From: an uncultured Nitrososphaerales archaeon
Lineage (GTDB): Archaea; Thermoproteota; Nitrososphaeria; Nitrososphaerales; Nitrososphaeraceae
Assembly: GCA_963695855.1 (NCBI GenBank)
Contig: CAVOHZ010000010.1
Coordinates: 1,472,001-1,536,000 of the forward strand
Reading direction: 5' to 3'
Length of the DNA: 64,000 bases
The notes beneath the pieces are model-generated. The model was not told the DNA's origin, searched no databases, and saw only the letters and a program-made list of their open reading frames with translations. Positions within the stretch are counted from its first letter, which is position 1. Every line of letters begins with the position of its first letter. Below, piece after piece: positions 42,240-52,235 of this stretch. The translations under genes and the position numbers were made by a program.

Positions 42240-42803
42240 ATGGCTCAGATGCCCGCTCTAATACCAAAAGAAGTAGAAATTCAAAGACTGAAAAAGATCT
42301 ACATAATGGTCATTATGTTAGGTTCTATCGCTGCATCAGTAGAAGTTGATAACTTCGTTGATGGTTCTTTACATCAGACAGCTATTAGGGATAGTGCATT
42401 CACACCAGCTCATTGGTGGTTATACAGTCACTTTATTGCATTACCATTAGGATGGGGATTTGTCGCAATGTACGACAGAAGAGTTCCTGTCCTGAGAGGT
42501 CCAAACAATTCTATGAATACAGGATTAAAGATAACCATAATTGGTTACTTGGCTACAATGTTTACCATTGGTATCAACGAAATGTGGCACTTCTGGTTCG
42601 TAGAAGAAATATTTTCTGTTCCTAACCACTGGATGTTTAACATGGGAGTCGTTGTGGCTTTCATGGGTGCTCTTGCTTATGTAGTAAGAGTATATGCACG
42701 TCTAGTAGAACTTGGTGCTGAAACACCAGGAAAGAACCCGTATGTAGCAGAGATGTACAAGCTAGCATTGGAAGGAAAACTGTACAGCAGATCCATTCCA
42801 TAG
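42240..42803 (+). CDS. amoC: Ammonia monooxygenase subunit C, second copy
   Basis: Identical translation to 38192..38755. Confidence 0.98.
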   Translation: MAQMPALIPKEVEIQRLKKIYIMVIMLGSIAASVEVDNFVDGSLHQTAIRDSAFTPAHWWLYSHFIALPLGWGFVAMYDRRVPVLRGPNNSMNTGLKITIIGYLATMFTIGINEMWHFWFVEEIFSVPNHWMFNMGVVVAFMGALAYVVRVYARLVELGAETPGKNPYVAEMYKLALEGKLYSRSIP

Positions 42804-42951
42804 AAAAAAAGACTTCAATCCACTCTTTTTTTATTTTTTTGTATTTGTTGTTAGTGTTAAAGTTATTATATTGATAGTCGAAAAAATTATTCAATACAAA
42901 GATACCTGAATAAATATTAAATATGTGTAAGCGATCTTTCTAACAGGGTTA

Positions 42952-43296
42952 TTGGACCAATGTTATATCTGTGGATCAAAATTTGGTAATGTTATATGTG
43001 CATACTGTAATCAAAATACATGTTCATCTTGTTTGATCGAATCGGAAAGAAAATGTAAAAGATGTGCAATCTCTAAAAAACGACCTTCCGGCTTTCTAAG
43101 AAGAAACATTCCGTTCATATTGGGTATGGTTGCCGTATGGTTTTTTGTTTCAGGTTTGTATCCTTTTCCGTATTTTTATGCTGTAGGAAAACCAGTTGAT
43201 GAGGCAATAATGCAACCGATTCTCATAGCTACGGCCATTTTTATGATTCCTTTCATATTTATGATGATTGCATGGAGAAAAAGACCACCGTATTAA
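42952..43296 (+). CDS. Zinc-finger membrane protein
   Basis: Four CxxC pairs followed by two TM helices. Confidence 0.8.
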   Translation: MDQCYICGSKFGNVICAYCNQNTCSSCLIESERKCKRCAISKKRPSGFLRRNIPFILGMVAVWFFVSGLYPFPYFYAVGKPVDEAIMQPILIATAIFMIPFIFMMIAWRKRPPY

Positions 43297-43376
43297 GAGC
43301 AGCTTCTAAATATATTGTAATATATTCCACAATTTTTAAAGATTAAATAAATAAGAAAATCAATTATCTGATAATC

Positions 43377-44756
43377 TTGCAAAAAGTGTTTTTACAATAT
43401 GATAAAGGTTCAATCATTATATCTGGACTAGCTCAAATTCCATATACAATATTTGATCCTAGAACTAATCAATTAAGAGCACAAGGATTTTACTATTCAA
43501 ATATTATCTCGTTTTTACAGCAAAGTGGTATTGAATATGAAGATCGTGTTATGGATATAATTCCAACACCATCTCTTACTATATCTGATTCAAATATTAA
43601 ACTATCTTTAAGAACATATCAAAAAAAAGCCATAGAAAATTGGGTAAACGCAGACAAAAAAGGATGTATAATTTTACCTACTGGGTCGGGAAAAACAATT
43701 ATAGCTATCAAGATAATTGAATTAATAAACTCTTCATCTATTATCATTGTACCAACAATAGATCTAATGGATCAGTGGATGAATGTTCTTTCAATATATT
43801 TCAAAAATCTGAAAATAGGAAATATAGGAGGAGGAAACTCGAATATTAGTGGTATAACAGTTTCTACATACGATTCTGCATTTCTTAAAGCACATCTAAT
43901 AGGAAATAAATTTTCTCTACTTATTTTCGACGAATTGCATCATCTAGCTGCACCAGGATATAGGACTATTGCAGAGCAATTTGCCTCTCGATATAGATTA
44001 GGTCTAACTGCTACTTATGAAAGAGAAGATAATCTCCATCTAGAATTTCCAAAGTTAGTTGGAGGCATAGTGTTTCAATCACATGTTAATGAATTAACTA
44101 AAGAGAAACACTTGGCATCTTTTGTTGTAGAACGGAGATTTGTAAAGTTATTACCAGAAGAAAAAATAGAATATAATCAAAATTACGAGTTATATCAAAC
44201 TCTATTAAAAAAAATTGGGATTAAATTACGCGGTCAAATGGGGTTGCAGAAATTAATAATAATTTCAGGAAAAAACAAAGATGCAAGAGAAGCCTTACTT
44301 GCTAGGAATAGAGCTTTAGATATTGCTCTAAACAGTCAGTCCAAGGTGGAAGAATTAAGAAATATCCTTAATGAAAACCATGGATTAAAAACTATAATAT
44401 TTACACAACATAATAAATTGGTATATACAATCTCTGACAAATTTCTAATTCCATTTATAACTCATAAATCAAGTAAACAGGAAAGGGAAGATACCTTAAA
44501 TGGCTTTAAAGACAATAGGTATAATGCTGTAGTAACATCCAAAGTATTGGACGAAGGTGTAGATGTTCCAGAAGCGGAATTGGGTATAATAGTTAGTGGT
44601 ACTGGTAGTAAAAGGGAGTTTATTCAACGTTTAGGGCGTCTGTTGAGAACTAAACCAGATTCAAATAAAAGAGCGAAATTAATAGAAGTAATTTCTTCTG
44701 AAACACAGGAAATTAATACAAGTGCTAGGAGGAAGCAAGCTCTTAAAAATATTTAA
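43377..44756 (+). CDS. XPB/Rad25-like SF2 helicase
   Basis: PTGSGKT, DELH, TAT, QRLGR. Confidence 0.9.
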   Translation: MQKVFLQYDKGSIIISGLAQIPYTIFDPRTNQLRAQGFYYSNIISFLQQSGIEYEDRVMDIIPTPSLTISDSNIKLSLRTYQKKAIENWVNADKKGCIILPTGSGKTIIAIKIIELINSSSIIIVPTIDLMDQWMNVLSIYFKNLKIGNIGGGNSNISGITVSTYDSAFLKAHLIGNKFSLLIFDELHHLAAPGYRTIAEQFASRYRLGLTATYEREDNLHLEFPKLVGGIVFQSHVNELTKEKHLASFVVERRFVKLLPEEKIEYNQNYELYQTLLKKIGIKLRGQMGLQKLIIISGKNKDAREALLARNRALDIALNSQSKVEELRNILNENHGLKTIIFTQHNKLVYTISDKFLIPFITHKSSKQEREDTLNGFKDNRYNAVVTSKVLDEGVDVPEAELGIIVSGTGSKREFIQRLGRLLRTKPDSNKRAKLIEVISSETQEINTSARRKQALKNI

Positions 44757-44914
44757 TAGTGTAACTATAATTGATAGATAGATTATTTTTAAAAAAAACT
44801 AAAAATCAAATAAAATATTTAAATAATTTCTTTATCTTACATATTAACTCAAATCGCATCAAAAAGAATTAAATTAACTCGTTAATATGTTAGATTTTAC
44901 ATAATTATTATAAT

Positions 44915-47185
44915 ATGTCAAATAATAAATACATAGAATATAGTAACCTGTCGGAATCAGAAAATTATATAGATCATCCTCTAATCAAAAAAAAATCAAT
45001 TGATCATCGATTGTATCAAACCAATATTGTTAATTCGTCGAGGGGAAAAAATTCAATGGTCATTCTTCCAACTTCTTTAGGAAAAACAATAATTTCAGCT
45101 CTATTATCTGCGGATGTTCTTTATAATTTTAAAACTATGAGGGTTCTAGTAATGGCTCCAACGAGACCATTAGTATTGCAACATATGTTCTCGTTTTCTT
45201 CAGTACTTAAAATATTAAACAATCAAAAAATCTTTGTTACAGGTCAAATCCCACCATCTACAAGAAAGTTGATATGGGATAATAAAAATATCAGATTGAT
45301 ATTTTCAACTCCTGAGATAATAAGAAATGATCTTTTTGAAAGCCGTTTATCTCTAAGTGATTTTGGATTGGTGGTTTTCGATGAAGCTCATAGAGCAGTG
45401 AAGGACTATGCATATACATATATTGCAAAAAAATATCTAGAACAGTCACTAAATCCAGTCATTCTAGCTATGACTGCAAGTCCTGGATCAGATGGTATCA
45501 GGATCGACCAAATCTGTGAACATCTTAGTATTGAACATATAGAGTATCGAAATGAAGAGGATTCTGATGTAAAACCATATGTCAATCCAATCGATCTGAG
45601 TTGGGAATTAATAGATCTATCATGTGATTATAAAAATATTGTACATCTATTTCGCGAAATATTAAAAGAAAAATTAAGATGGTTGGTTTATCGTGGATTA
45701 ATTCAAAAAAAAAATCTTGAGTATATATTTAAAAGTGATTTATTAGAACTTGGAAAAGTTCTCCAAAGAAATCTACAATTTTCGGTAACTGAAGAAAAAG
45801 GTCAGTTGTACTCTGCTTTGTTAAACCAGTCATCTGCTCTTTCTTTAATGTACTGCATAGAATTAATCGAGAGTCAAGGTCCGTATTCTCTTGAAAATTT
45901 TATCAAGAGAATGGAATCTAGTGAGGGAAAAGCACATTCTATACTCTTAAAAGATTCGAGAATGGACGAAATAAAAAAGAAACTTGCAAATATTTCAGAC
46001 CATCCAAAAATTAAATATATTATAGATTTATTGGATCAAAATAAATTCGTTTCCAATATACGGGATTCAAATAATACAAATCTTTCATTAGACTCTAATT
46101 CTAAAATATTAATTTTTACTCACTATCGAGATACAGCTACACATATTGTTGATGTATTAAAACAAAGAAAAATAAGATCCTGTAGATTTGTTGGACAATC
46201 GAGCAAAAATAATGATGTAGGAATGAAACAGGATGAGCAATCCAATGTATTAGATTCATTTAGAAGAGGCGAATTTAATATATTGATAGCTACATCAATT
46301 GCAGAAGAGGGACTAGATATCCCTGAAGTGGATTTAGTTATTTTTTATGAACCTGTTGCAAGTGAAATAAGACATATACAAAGAAAAGGAAGAACTGGCC
46401 GTAGGTCAAAAGGTAAAGTTATAATACTTGCTTCAAAAGATACTGTCGATATGCGTTTGCTATATGCAAGTAAAAGGCGCATTGAGAAGATGAGAAATAT
46501 ATTCAATACAAAAAAAACCTCACTAAAACCAATGAAACGAAATCAAATATCCTTAACTCCATTAACTGAAAAAGAATTAGAATCACTTGAAGAATTACTT
46601 GAAAAAGAAAAAGCCACTCTAGGTACGGAAGACTATGATTTCAAATTACAAAATTACAAGCTATTAGCAAAAATGAAAGATAATAAATTTGATGACAAAT
46701 ATTTAAGCAATAAACAATCAAGATTTGATGGAATTATTAATTCAAAAAATATATCTAAAAGTAATAATAAATTGATAAATAAAACAATTAGAAATATTTA
46801 TGAATTGTTGGTAAGAGAGAAAATAAATAAAAAGACCCAATTTGATCTAAGATATTTGTCCGATCATTTTTCTATAGACTATAACATATTGTTAGATGCA
46901 ATTGATCAACTCCAGAAAGAGCATATGATAACAGTAAAAAATAATTCTATTATTTTTAATAAAATACCAAATTCTAAAGAACAAAAATATATGATCTATG
47001 TTGAAAAAATATTGCCAGGAAAAGCATCTGTGCTAGTAAACGGACGATGGCATGCCGAATTAAATTATTATGATTATGATGGCCCACGTAATATTTTGAA
47101 AAAAGGATCCGAATTTATGGCAAGAGCAGATCTTTATAATAATGAAGGATCATTTTGTATTAGAATAAAAGAAGTAATTCTGTAG
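44915..47185 (+). CDS. Hef/MPH1 (FANCM-like) DEAH helicase
   Basis: PTSLGKT, DEAH, TASPG, EEGLDIP, QRKGRTGR. Confidence 0.92.
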   Translation: MSNNKYIEYSNLSESENYIDHPLIKKKSIDHRLYQTNIVNSSRGKNSMVILPTSLGKTIISALLSADVLYNFKTMRVLVMAPTRPLVLQHMFSFSSVLKILNNQKIFVTGQIPPSTRKLIWDNKNIRLIFSTPEIIRNDLFESRLSLSDFGLVVFDEAHRAVKDYAYTYIAKKYLEQSLNPVILAMTASPGSDGIRIDQICEHLSIEHIEYRNEEDSDVKPYVNPIDLSWELIDLSCDYKNIVHLFREILKEKLRWLVYRGLIQKKNLEYIFKSDLLELGKVLQRNLQFSVTEEKGQLYSALLNQSSALSLMYCIELIESQGPYSLENFIKRMESSEGKAHSILLKDSRMDEIKKKLANISDHPKIKYIIDLLDQNKFVSNIRDSNNTNLSLDSNSKILIFTHYRDTATHIVDVLKQRKIRSCRFVGQSSKNNDVGMKQDEQSNVLDSFRRGEFNILIATSIAEEGLDIPEVDLVIFYEPVASEIRHIQRKGRTGRRSKGKVIILASKDTVDMRLLYASKRRIEKMRNIFNTKKTSLKPMKRNQISLTPLTEKELESLEELLEKEKATLGTEDYDFKLQNYKLLAKMKDNKFDDKYLSNKQSRFDGIINSKNISKSNNKLINKTIRNIYELLVREKINKKTQFDLRYLSDHFSIDYNILLDAIDQLQKEHMITVKNNSIIFNKIPNSKEQKYMIYVEKILPGKASVLVNGRWHAELNYYDYDGPRNILKKGSEFMARADLYNNEGSFCIRIKEVIL

Positions 47186-47336
47186 ATCTTGGTATATTAT
47201 AATGTCCTTAGCAAATATTATAAAATGATTTTTGTATCATTTGTTGAAGATTTCATTATTGATAAACGATATGTAGATCTTATATATATCAGAAAAATTT
47301 TGAATTTTAATGCTTCTATTAGTAAAAAATATCTTT

Positions 47337-48290
47337 CTAGGAAGCAATAATCCCTTTAAATTTATCAGATATTTCATTTTGTGTCAAGTTAGAGCCAACT
47401 GCCGTGATTTTAGCATTTAAAGAATATTCTCCATCTGGATTATTACTTCTAATATGATATGCTCCTATAATAGAATCGCTAAAATCTGGACCATATACCA
47501 AGATATCGTCAAGATCGCTTGAAATAAGTTCGATCTGAAGGTCGTTTCCTAGCGCAACAAAGGACTTTGAAAAAACTGTCTTCAAGTTCTTGTCATCATG
47601 CAAGGTAATAGTGTAAGTTAATGGCACAGTTTTTTCAAAGTTAACGGAAGTTGGTTGGAAATCTAGTAAAATTCTATCATTTTCGGTAGTATTAAAAACC
47701 CAATCGTTTTGGGAATTATCCATTAAACCCATGTCAGATCCAGAATTCAATTTTATGTTATTACCTTGCTTAAAAGAATCACTTACATAAACAGAACCTA
47801 TCATCCAAGGATGAATCTCACAATGATATGCAACTCTTCCCGGAGTATCAAAAGTATATTGCATTGAACCAGAATAAGGTATAATACCTGAATTGAACAT
47901 TTTTCCTGAATTCGGTGATCCTGGCGCATCGCTAGTTACAGTATGTATTGCTTCTGGATCAAAATTAAACCATGCTACAGTAGTGCCCATTGGTATGGCA
48001 ATATTTAGGGGATAAAAATGTTGAAATTTGTAACTGATACCCGTACCCGTAGTTATATCAACAGCATAAGTAGGCAGTACCTTGTGGGAGGTTGGAGGTG
48101 GAACCATTCCATTTTCTCCGAATATCTCTGCATTTGATAAGAATAAGGTAAAGATGATTGCTAAAAATAGAAATAAAAATATTGTCAATAAATAAACTTG
48201 TATATAGGCCTTAATATCAGTTATGTTTACACTAGATTCATTTGCAATCATCTGTAACATCTTTAATAATGATTCTATATAGTAAAACAA
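47337..48290 (-). CDS. Exported cupredoxin-domain protein
   Basis: HTVTS...YHCEIHPWMIG. Confidence 0.88.
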   Translation of the reverse strand: MFYYIESLLKMLQMIANESSVNITDIKAYIQVYLLTIFLFLFLAIIFTLFLSNAEIFGENGMVPPPTSHKVLPTYAVDITTGTGISYKFQHFYPLNIAIPMGTTVAWFNFDPEAIHTVTSDAPGSPNSGKMFNSGIIPYSGSMQYTFDTPGRVAYHCEIHPWMIGSVYVSDSFKQGNNIKLNSGSDMGLMDNSQNDWVFNTTENDRILLDFQPTSVNFEKTVPLTYTITLHDDKNLKTVFSKSFVALGNDLQIELISSDLDDILVYGPDFSDSIIGAYHIRSNNPDGEYSLNAKITAVGSNLTQNEISDKFKGIIAS

Positions 48291-48786
48291 TATTATTTAA
48301 AATATAAATGACATCAGATATCTATCAATCTTGAACTTCTAGAAGAATAAATAACTTCATTATCCCATAAATTATATTTGGTTAAAATCAATTCAATAAA
48401 TTCAAAAATAGAATACAATTGTCTTGAAATGATAAGTGTCGTGCGACTTTGGTAACCTGAATAAATTTTAAATGAGAATTTGCTATTACCAATATATATT
48501 GATTAATTTTAACGAAAAAAGGATTATTGTTGTTTTTTTAACAAATGGTTATTGATCTGTCAGTTTTATGGAAACAATAATGAAGAACACAAATATTACA
48601 TGAACTGTACTATTAGGATCATATTCATATAAATCTTGATTGCATAAGTTTGGCTAATCTTACCTATCAATTATCAATGTAGTTTCATATTTTTTGCATA
48701 AATAGCTTTAACGTTGTATTGTATATCTTGCTACAAACCAACATGAGTTATTAAAGAATTGATGTAGCAAATAAATTCTAGAAAAT

Positions 48787-48804
48787 GTTCTAAAACGTAA
48801 GTTT
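48787..48804 (-). other. att core 1 partner
   Basis: GTTCTAAAACGTAAGTTT is the reverse complement of 16297-16314. Confidence 0.85.
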
Positions 48805-48910
48805 ATGACGGAAATTTGTACCCTTAACGTTGGTAAAAGAGTGATATTAGACAAAAAAAACTAAAAAACGTTGAAAAACGTTGGTTTAATATTATAGTTC
48901 TGTATTAACA

Positions 48911-49099
48911 ATGTTGATGAGTCTAATAAATCCTACTATAGATTCAAATAAAACTAAAAAAAGGTATTGGCACATTCTTGTGTCCGACGAGAATCGTAAA
49001 AAATTGAAAATGCATGGCATGGCAGGAGATTCCTTCAACGATGTGATATCCAAATTGCTATCTCAAAATAATGTATTGGAGACTGATACTTCTAAATGA
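48911..49099 (+). CDS. RHH regulator
   Basis: HILVSDENRKKLKMHGMAGDSFNDVISKLL. Confidence 0.82.
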   Translation: MLMSLINPTIDSNKTKKRYWHILVSDENRKKLKMHGMAGDSFNDVISKLLSQNNVLETDTSK

Positions 49100-49115
49100 T
49101 AATAATTTATAAAAC

Positions 49116-49149
49116 GGACTGGTTGGGCCATTACCCCACAACCAAGTCC
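49116..49149 (+). promoter_or_regulatory. Conserved bulged hairpin with CCATTACC loop
   Basis: Covaries with 29359-29389. Confidence 0.65.
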
Positions 49150-49340
49150 TTAAGCGCAAGTCCCTCACGAACTCCACGCAGAGCCACAACAGAATCGCCA
49201 CGCATGGCATCCCTATCAATAGTGAACGACAATGGAAGATAGTAAAAATTCGCTAATAAGTCTTCCGTACTCATTTGTCGGTTACGCACAGAATACGCTT
49301 GCAAAAATTCACAAAATCTCACAAATTTTAACAAATTTTA

Positions 49341-49451
49341 ACGCTAGCATCCCCTCCGTCGTCGTTTGTTGCGGTTTTAAGTGTTTTCCCGTGACAAACG
49401 ACAAAAAAATGAGTGAGGTACATTCGACATATTATCTGGCGGAGGGTGTAA
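49341..49451 (+). promoter_or_regulatory. Putative structured RNA leader sequestering the RBS
   Basis: CCCTCCGTC pairs with GGCGGAGGG; inner 14-bp stem with G-U pairs. Confidence 0.6.
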
Positions 49452-49455
49452 CGAT

Positions 49456-49674
49456 TTGACTAGAACTAGAAGAAAAAAGGCCGTATCTATAAAAAATAAA
49501 AATATCGATAGCATTCCAAATGATAAAAAGTTTACCTGGGCGTGGGAAACCAACAGAAAAACTATTGTTGCCAGGTCAAAGTGTCCTTGCTGGGTATGTC
49601 TGGATAGCGGGATCAAATACAACTATGAAGTTTCATCTGGTAACAAACCGTTCGAAGGAGTGTTTTTCATATGA
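49456..49674 (+). CDS. Small Cys-cluster protein (CPCWVC)
   Basis: Homologue of 28786..29043. Confidence 0.75.
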   Translation: MTRTRRKKAVSIKNKNIDSIPNDKKFTWAWETNRKTIVARSKCPCWVCLDSGIKYNYEVSSGNKPFEGVFFI

Positions 49675-51632
49675 CTGCTGCTTCAGAAGAAAATAACAAT
49701 AACGCTAGAGAATTAAAGCAAAGTCCAGAAGTCCAAAAAAGCGAACTGATTAAAGAAGCCTATTACTACCCAGATAATAATAGAGTAAAAATATCACTTA
49801 ATGGAAAGATAGACGCCGACATTGTATTTACACTGGTTATAGATGATTGGACACGCAACATAAAGATAGTAATGGACCAGGCCCAGGCATATGGGTACAC
49901 GGATAAGGCACACAGATCAATCTTTTACAGATTCATAAATGATAATGAGGACATTTTAACATCTAGTAATAATAAGGCTAAAGAAAAGCAGACACAACAG
50001 CAAGAAGAAGATGAGGAACAAAAAAAACAACTCATTCCAACCCTCAAATACTCGCAAATGGGAAAAGGTGACCTGTATGAATCCGTATTCATCGGAGATT
50101 TCCCGGCATACATAAAATATAATAGGAGCACAGGAACATTTGAAAGATATGATAAGATTGAAGAAGCAATCAGAATCCTAAGACCTCCAGCAATAGAAGA
50201 GTGTCCACACCTACCTTATGAATTTGATAGTCTGGATCAGATTAATGGTATTGCCAAGTTTATTGAAGATAACAACATAGACCGAGATTATTTGTACTAT
50301 ACATGTTACAAAATAGTCTCCAAATATAACAACCAATTACCACACAAATTAAAATTAATAACAATAAACATAATCGCCTCACACTTTCAGGATATGTTCT
50401 CAACAACGCACTACCTTTATCTGGTTGGTGGTAATGGAAGCGGTAAAAGTTCTATTGCAGAGACACTTAGAGGACTTGCTTATAGGGCCGCAGTAATGAC
50501 GGATCCAAGTGCACCCAACTTATTCAGATTGTTGGGAATGGTGGAGTCTATGTAGTGTACCATGGTACTGGAAGAGGCCGACAAAATAGACAAGTCCACA
50601 GATTTAATGGCAATTTTGAAGACAGGTTTTGCATTTGGTGGGACTACTCCCAAAGTCAATCCCTACACAAACCTATCTGAACGATTCTTTACATACTGTC
50701 CTAAAATAATAGTGTCGGAAAGGTCATTAAATCAATCAATTGCAAAAGGTGTTAATTCGAGAATCTTTTCTATCAACTGTTTCAAGGGAAGCATAAAACA
50801 TGATATCCTAGAAATCCTAAATCCTACTAATACAGGTGGACCAGAGAACAAAAGGCTGCTGCAAGAGATTATGAACTTTCGAAAGTTGTTGCTGGTTTAC
50901 AGATTGATGCACTTCAAGGATATGATTCCAGACTTAGATATAGGTGTAGAAGGTAGGGATAGACAACTTGTAAAATACTGTATACAACTCTTTCATGGGT
51001 GCAAATGTCAGGATGAAGTAATTAAAACCGTTCAAAAATTCTTGGATACCAAGAACAATAAAAAACAAGCATCAATTGAATCCGTCTTACTACCGCTAAT
51101 TGATAAACTAATCGAGACCAAGAAAACGAATCAAGTTTCATCTTTAGACTTCTGGAAAGCAGTAATTAACGAGATTCCAGGACTACCAGACCTGCATAAA
51201 CCTAATGAATTTCATACAGACGATTACGGGACATTATACAGAACAACGATATCAGGTGTGGTTTGTGATTGCTTTGGTGCAAGTATAAAGCATGGCGATA
51301 AAGGAAACATCTTGGTATTTGACCGTACCGTAATTAAGGAACTGGTAAAGTCGGATATAGAGAATGATAAAACCAGAATAGTCGTTAACGAAATACCTCC
51401 TGGTCAATCAGTAGTGGAAGAAGAATATGAAGAATATGAAGATGACGAGTACGATGAACCTGAAGGCCTGAATAGTCTGAAGGCATCTGGGGAAGGGGGT
51501 ACCCCTGATTTGGAAAAAAATGACGAGGGAGCCGAAGAGCAGGAGGAGACAGAATCAGAGCCACTAGAACCAAATGATACATATTACCAGTTTGGGAAGA
51601 AAGGCCAATGGCGTGAGGGTATTCCACCTTGA
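49671..51632 (+). pseudogene. P-loop ATPase/helicase with a premature TAG at 50553-50555
   Basis: CAG in copy A is TAG here; both halves stay in frame. Confidence 0.88.
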
Positions 51633-51994
51633 TAAATCCTACATTAACGCTAACACCCAAGCAAAAGAAAGAGTTGATGGCAGGGGAAAGGGAAGCAGGA
51701 GCACCATCCTTTTTTAGTTACGGTTATCTTGATACTGAGAATAGACAAAAGATTCTTGAATACCTGAATGAAGGTAAAAGATTGAGGTGTCATCATCAAG
51801 ATTGTCAGAGTTTCAATAGTGAGTTCATAACCCTTTATGATTATAATAGACACTGTCATAGCAATCATCCTAGACAACCGCTACATCCATCACTACAGTA
51901 TATCGAAGACTTGACTACAACATATTTTATTGCTGTAAATGAAAAAGCCTGGCGTAAATCACGACTGGTACCTAGGGGTAATCCGTGGGAATGA
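51629..51994 (+). CDS. C2H2 zinc-finger protein
   Basis: Homologue of 26477..26845. Confidence 0.82.
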   Translation: MINPTLTLTPKQKKELMAGEREAGAPSFFSYGYLDTENRQKILEYLNEGKRLRCHHQDCQSFNSEFITLYDYNRHCHSNHPRQPLHPSLQYIEDLTTTYFIAVNEKAWRKSRLVPRGNPWE

Positions 51995-52215
51995 CTTCAA
52001 CAGTAGAGCAAAAAAGTTCTAAAAACACCTACCCCCCCTACCCTAGGAGCCTTCAGGCCCTTCATGCCTTCAGCCTTAGAGATCCAGAACGACCTAGACT
52101 TTCTTTTAAGACACTTCTCAAATCCGTTATTTCCAAGAACCATAATGACACCAAAGGTAAAGCAGAAGGAAGTATATTCAAAGGAACAGGCACCAGTATT
52201 TTACAAAGAGGTTAA
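51991..52215 (+). pseudogene. Frameshifted 5' fragment of an A-type primase gene
   Basis: EQKSSKNTYPP and LDFLLRHFSNPLFPRTIMTPK lie in different frames. Confidence 0.8.
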
Positions 52216-52235
52216 GAGGAAGATAAAAAATAATT

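Noticed and set aside
49116-49149. Rolling-circle nick site (loop resembles TATTAC)
   Set aside because: No HUH Rep is recognisable, and the element encodes a primase and helicase instead.
50553-50555. Programmed amber readthrough in the B helicase
   Set aside because: A single CAG-to-TAG change relative to copy A; no recoding machinery is visible in the window, so an ordinary nonsense mutation is simpler.
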